DNA of 64,000 nt from positions 1,216,001 to 1,280,000 of the forward strand of contig CAVUDP010000001.1 in assembly GCA_963740315.1 (NCBI GenBank), read 5' to 3'. This DNA comes from an uncultured cyanobacterium. Lineage in GTDB: Bacteria; Cyanobacteriota; Cyanobacteriia; Cyanobacteriales; Nostocaceae. A program made the translations under genes and the position numbers. The notes under the pieces are model-generated. The model did no database searches. It had not been told where the DNA came from and saw only the letters and a program-made list of their open reading frames with translations. Shown here piece by piece: positions 62,566 to 64,000 of the stretch; the first letter of the stretch is position 1; every line of letters begins with the position of its first letter.

Positions 62566-63207
62566 TTAACTCCTAACTCTCAAATACCTTCCTTTAGCAT
62601 TACCCAAAATCTCACCCCGCATGATAAATTCAAAATGAGCGAAGTCGTAACGCTCTTCTTTATTTATCATCAAAAACAAATTTTGCTGTTCTGATAAACC
62701 GTGCAAACCGTAACCACCGTAGAACATAAAAATTTTGAACGAACAAACACCATACTCCTCAAACAGCATTTGCATTTCATCAATATGCCCCTTAGCGATC
62801 GGTGCAAGGTGAAAGCCGTAATCTACAAAGAAATTACCTTGGGATAATTCTAAAACTTCCGGAAAAAAGTCTCGATAAGAGCCGCCTTTGTTTAAGTAAT
62901 ATTGCCCGGTACGGATGTAAGTTAAACTGCTGGTAACTCCTCCCATAGCAGCCGCTTTACTTTCGCTGAGTGCATCTTGGGATAAAGGTTGATAGATACC
63001 GACGTGCATATGAGAATCGACTATACCGGGGAATCCTAACAAGTTTTTAGCGTCGAATATTTCTTGCGTTTCCTCTGGTTTAATTTCCGGTGCAATATGG
63101 CTAAATTTACCGTTTATGATGCCAACATCCAGCTTTTCAATAGATTCTTGATTTGGACTTACTACGCGGACATTTTTGATAACTTTATCGAATATGGGAT
63201 CGGACAT
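62566..63207 (-). pseudogene. Dihydroorotase/hydantoinase-like cyclic amidohydrolase, apparently internally deleted
   Basis: FPGIVDSHMH, AAAMGGVTS and FKIFMFY are present, but it is only 213 aa. The later TIM-barrel ligands are missing. Confidence 0.7.
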
Positions 63208-63360
63208 TTAGATTTTAGATTTTGGATTTTAGATTAAAAAAGTAGGTAAGCAGGGCACGAGTAAATATTATTAAAAGGCTACCATGTAGATAATGCCGTA
63301 ACGCACTATTGGACATTAAATTAAAATAGTAGGGTGTGTTACGGGAATCGTAAATATTAT

Positions 63361-63529
63361 AAAGGAGAAATCCCAATTACCCCAGCTTTTATCGGTTCTT
63401 GCACTGGCGGAAAATTGTTTGATTTAGCCCAAGTCGCCATTAAAAAATCGTCGCGTTGCTGCTGGGGTAGATATGTTTGTAGTTGCCGCTTCTGTGGAAG
63501 TCAAACAGAAAGCGGAAGAATTAGACTAA
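63361..63529 (+). pseudogene. Frameshifted internal fragment of a homoaconitase/3-isopropylmalate dehydratase large subunit
   Basis: AFIGSCTGGKLFDLAQVA continues in another frame as LKNRRVAAGVDMFVVAASVEVKQKAEEL. Confidence 0.8.
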
Positions 63530-63726
63530 TTTTAAAATATGATTCAAATATCATTCCGGTTGCAATTTAGACAAAGCTAATTTATATAATCCCGGCTTTT
63601 CTTCTATATAAATACTTAATTTTGATTTATCGAGTTATATAAAATACCTTTCACATCTTCTCTCGTCTTTTTTATTCTCTACTCCCCTACTCCCTTTTTT
63701 TGATTTAACAACTAACAACTACCTCT

Positions 63727-64000
63727 TTAATAACTTCCATTGTAAGATAATAAAATTTCATCTACCTTTTCTAAGCTCAAATTTTGTTGTTCTGCTAATA
63801 CTTTAATTTTCTGTGTAACTAACCTAATTTGAGTTGAATCTAAATTGAGTCCGAGTTGATTCACCCGATTAGTAACTGCATGAGTTCCTGTTAGTTTATG
63901 GTTGATTAATACGGAGCGGGTTATCCCAAAATCTGTGGGAGAAATTAGTTCATAGGTGTTTGAATTATTCAAGATTGCTTTTGTATGAACTCCAGCTTTA
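63727..64000 (-). CDS. Homocitrate synthase (Lys20/LysS-like), 3' end only
   Basis: The frame is open to the window edge: KAGVHTKAILNNSNTYELISPTDFGITRSVLINHKLTG...VTQKIK. There is no C-terminal LeuA regulatory domain. Confidence 0.75.
   Translation of the reverse strand, partial: KAGVHTKAILNNSNTYELISPTDFGITRSVLINHKLTGTHAVTNRVNQLGLNLDSTQIRLVTQKIKVLAEQQNLSLEKVDEILLSYNGSY

Noticed and set aside
56906..62620. Heterocyst-type excision element interrupting the amidohydrolase
   Set aside because: No recombinase gene is present and no 3' half of the gene was found before the nitrilase. The ORF already ends in a native-looking tail.
63334..63570. 78-aa ORF as an intact gene
   Set aside because: Only the central part is aconitase-like and the homology continues in another frame, so it is treated as a pseudogene fragment.

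Overview
Chromosomal window from an AT-rich filamentous cyanobacterium, most likely Nostocales. The evidence is frequent HIP1 (GCGATCGC), STRR-type tandem repeats in many spacers, ccmK3/ccmK4, light-dependent POR and a HetZ-related gene. It carries about 45 genes, mostly housekeeping, signalling and transport: dprA, an adenylate cyclase, three histidine kinases, nurA, a mntA/mntB/mntC Mn transporter with twin ManR-type boxes, a TA pair, an orphan C5 methyltransferase, dacB and a DAHP synthase. I saw no rRNA, tRNA, CRISPR array or intact transposase. Most notable: (1) a nitrilase-like gene with a non-canonical Glu-Arg-Ser triad, clustered with an ALDH and a DUF3598-like gene; (2) a GC-rich bioA between two direct copies of a GTAG REP-like element; (3) mirror-image composite repeats flanking mntA-mntC; (4) a PhnD-like binding protein coupled to a sensor kinase with no adjacent transporter genes; (5) an internally deleted cyclic amidohydrolase next to a homoaconitase relic and a Lys20-type homocitrate synthase; (6) repeat DNA recruited into proteins. 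All product calls come from motif recognition by eye, not database searches.
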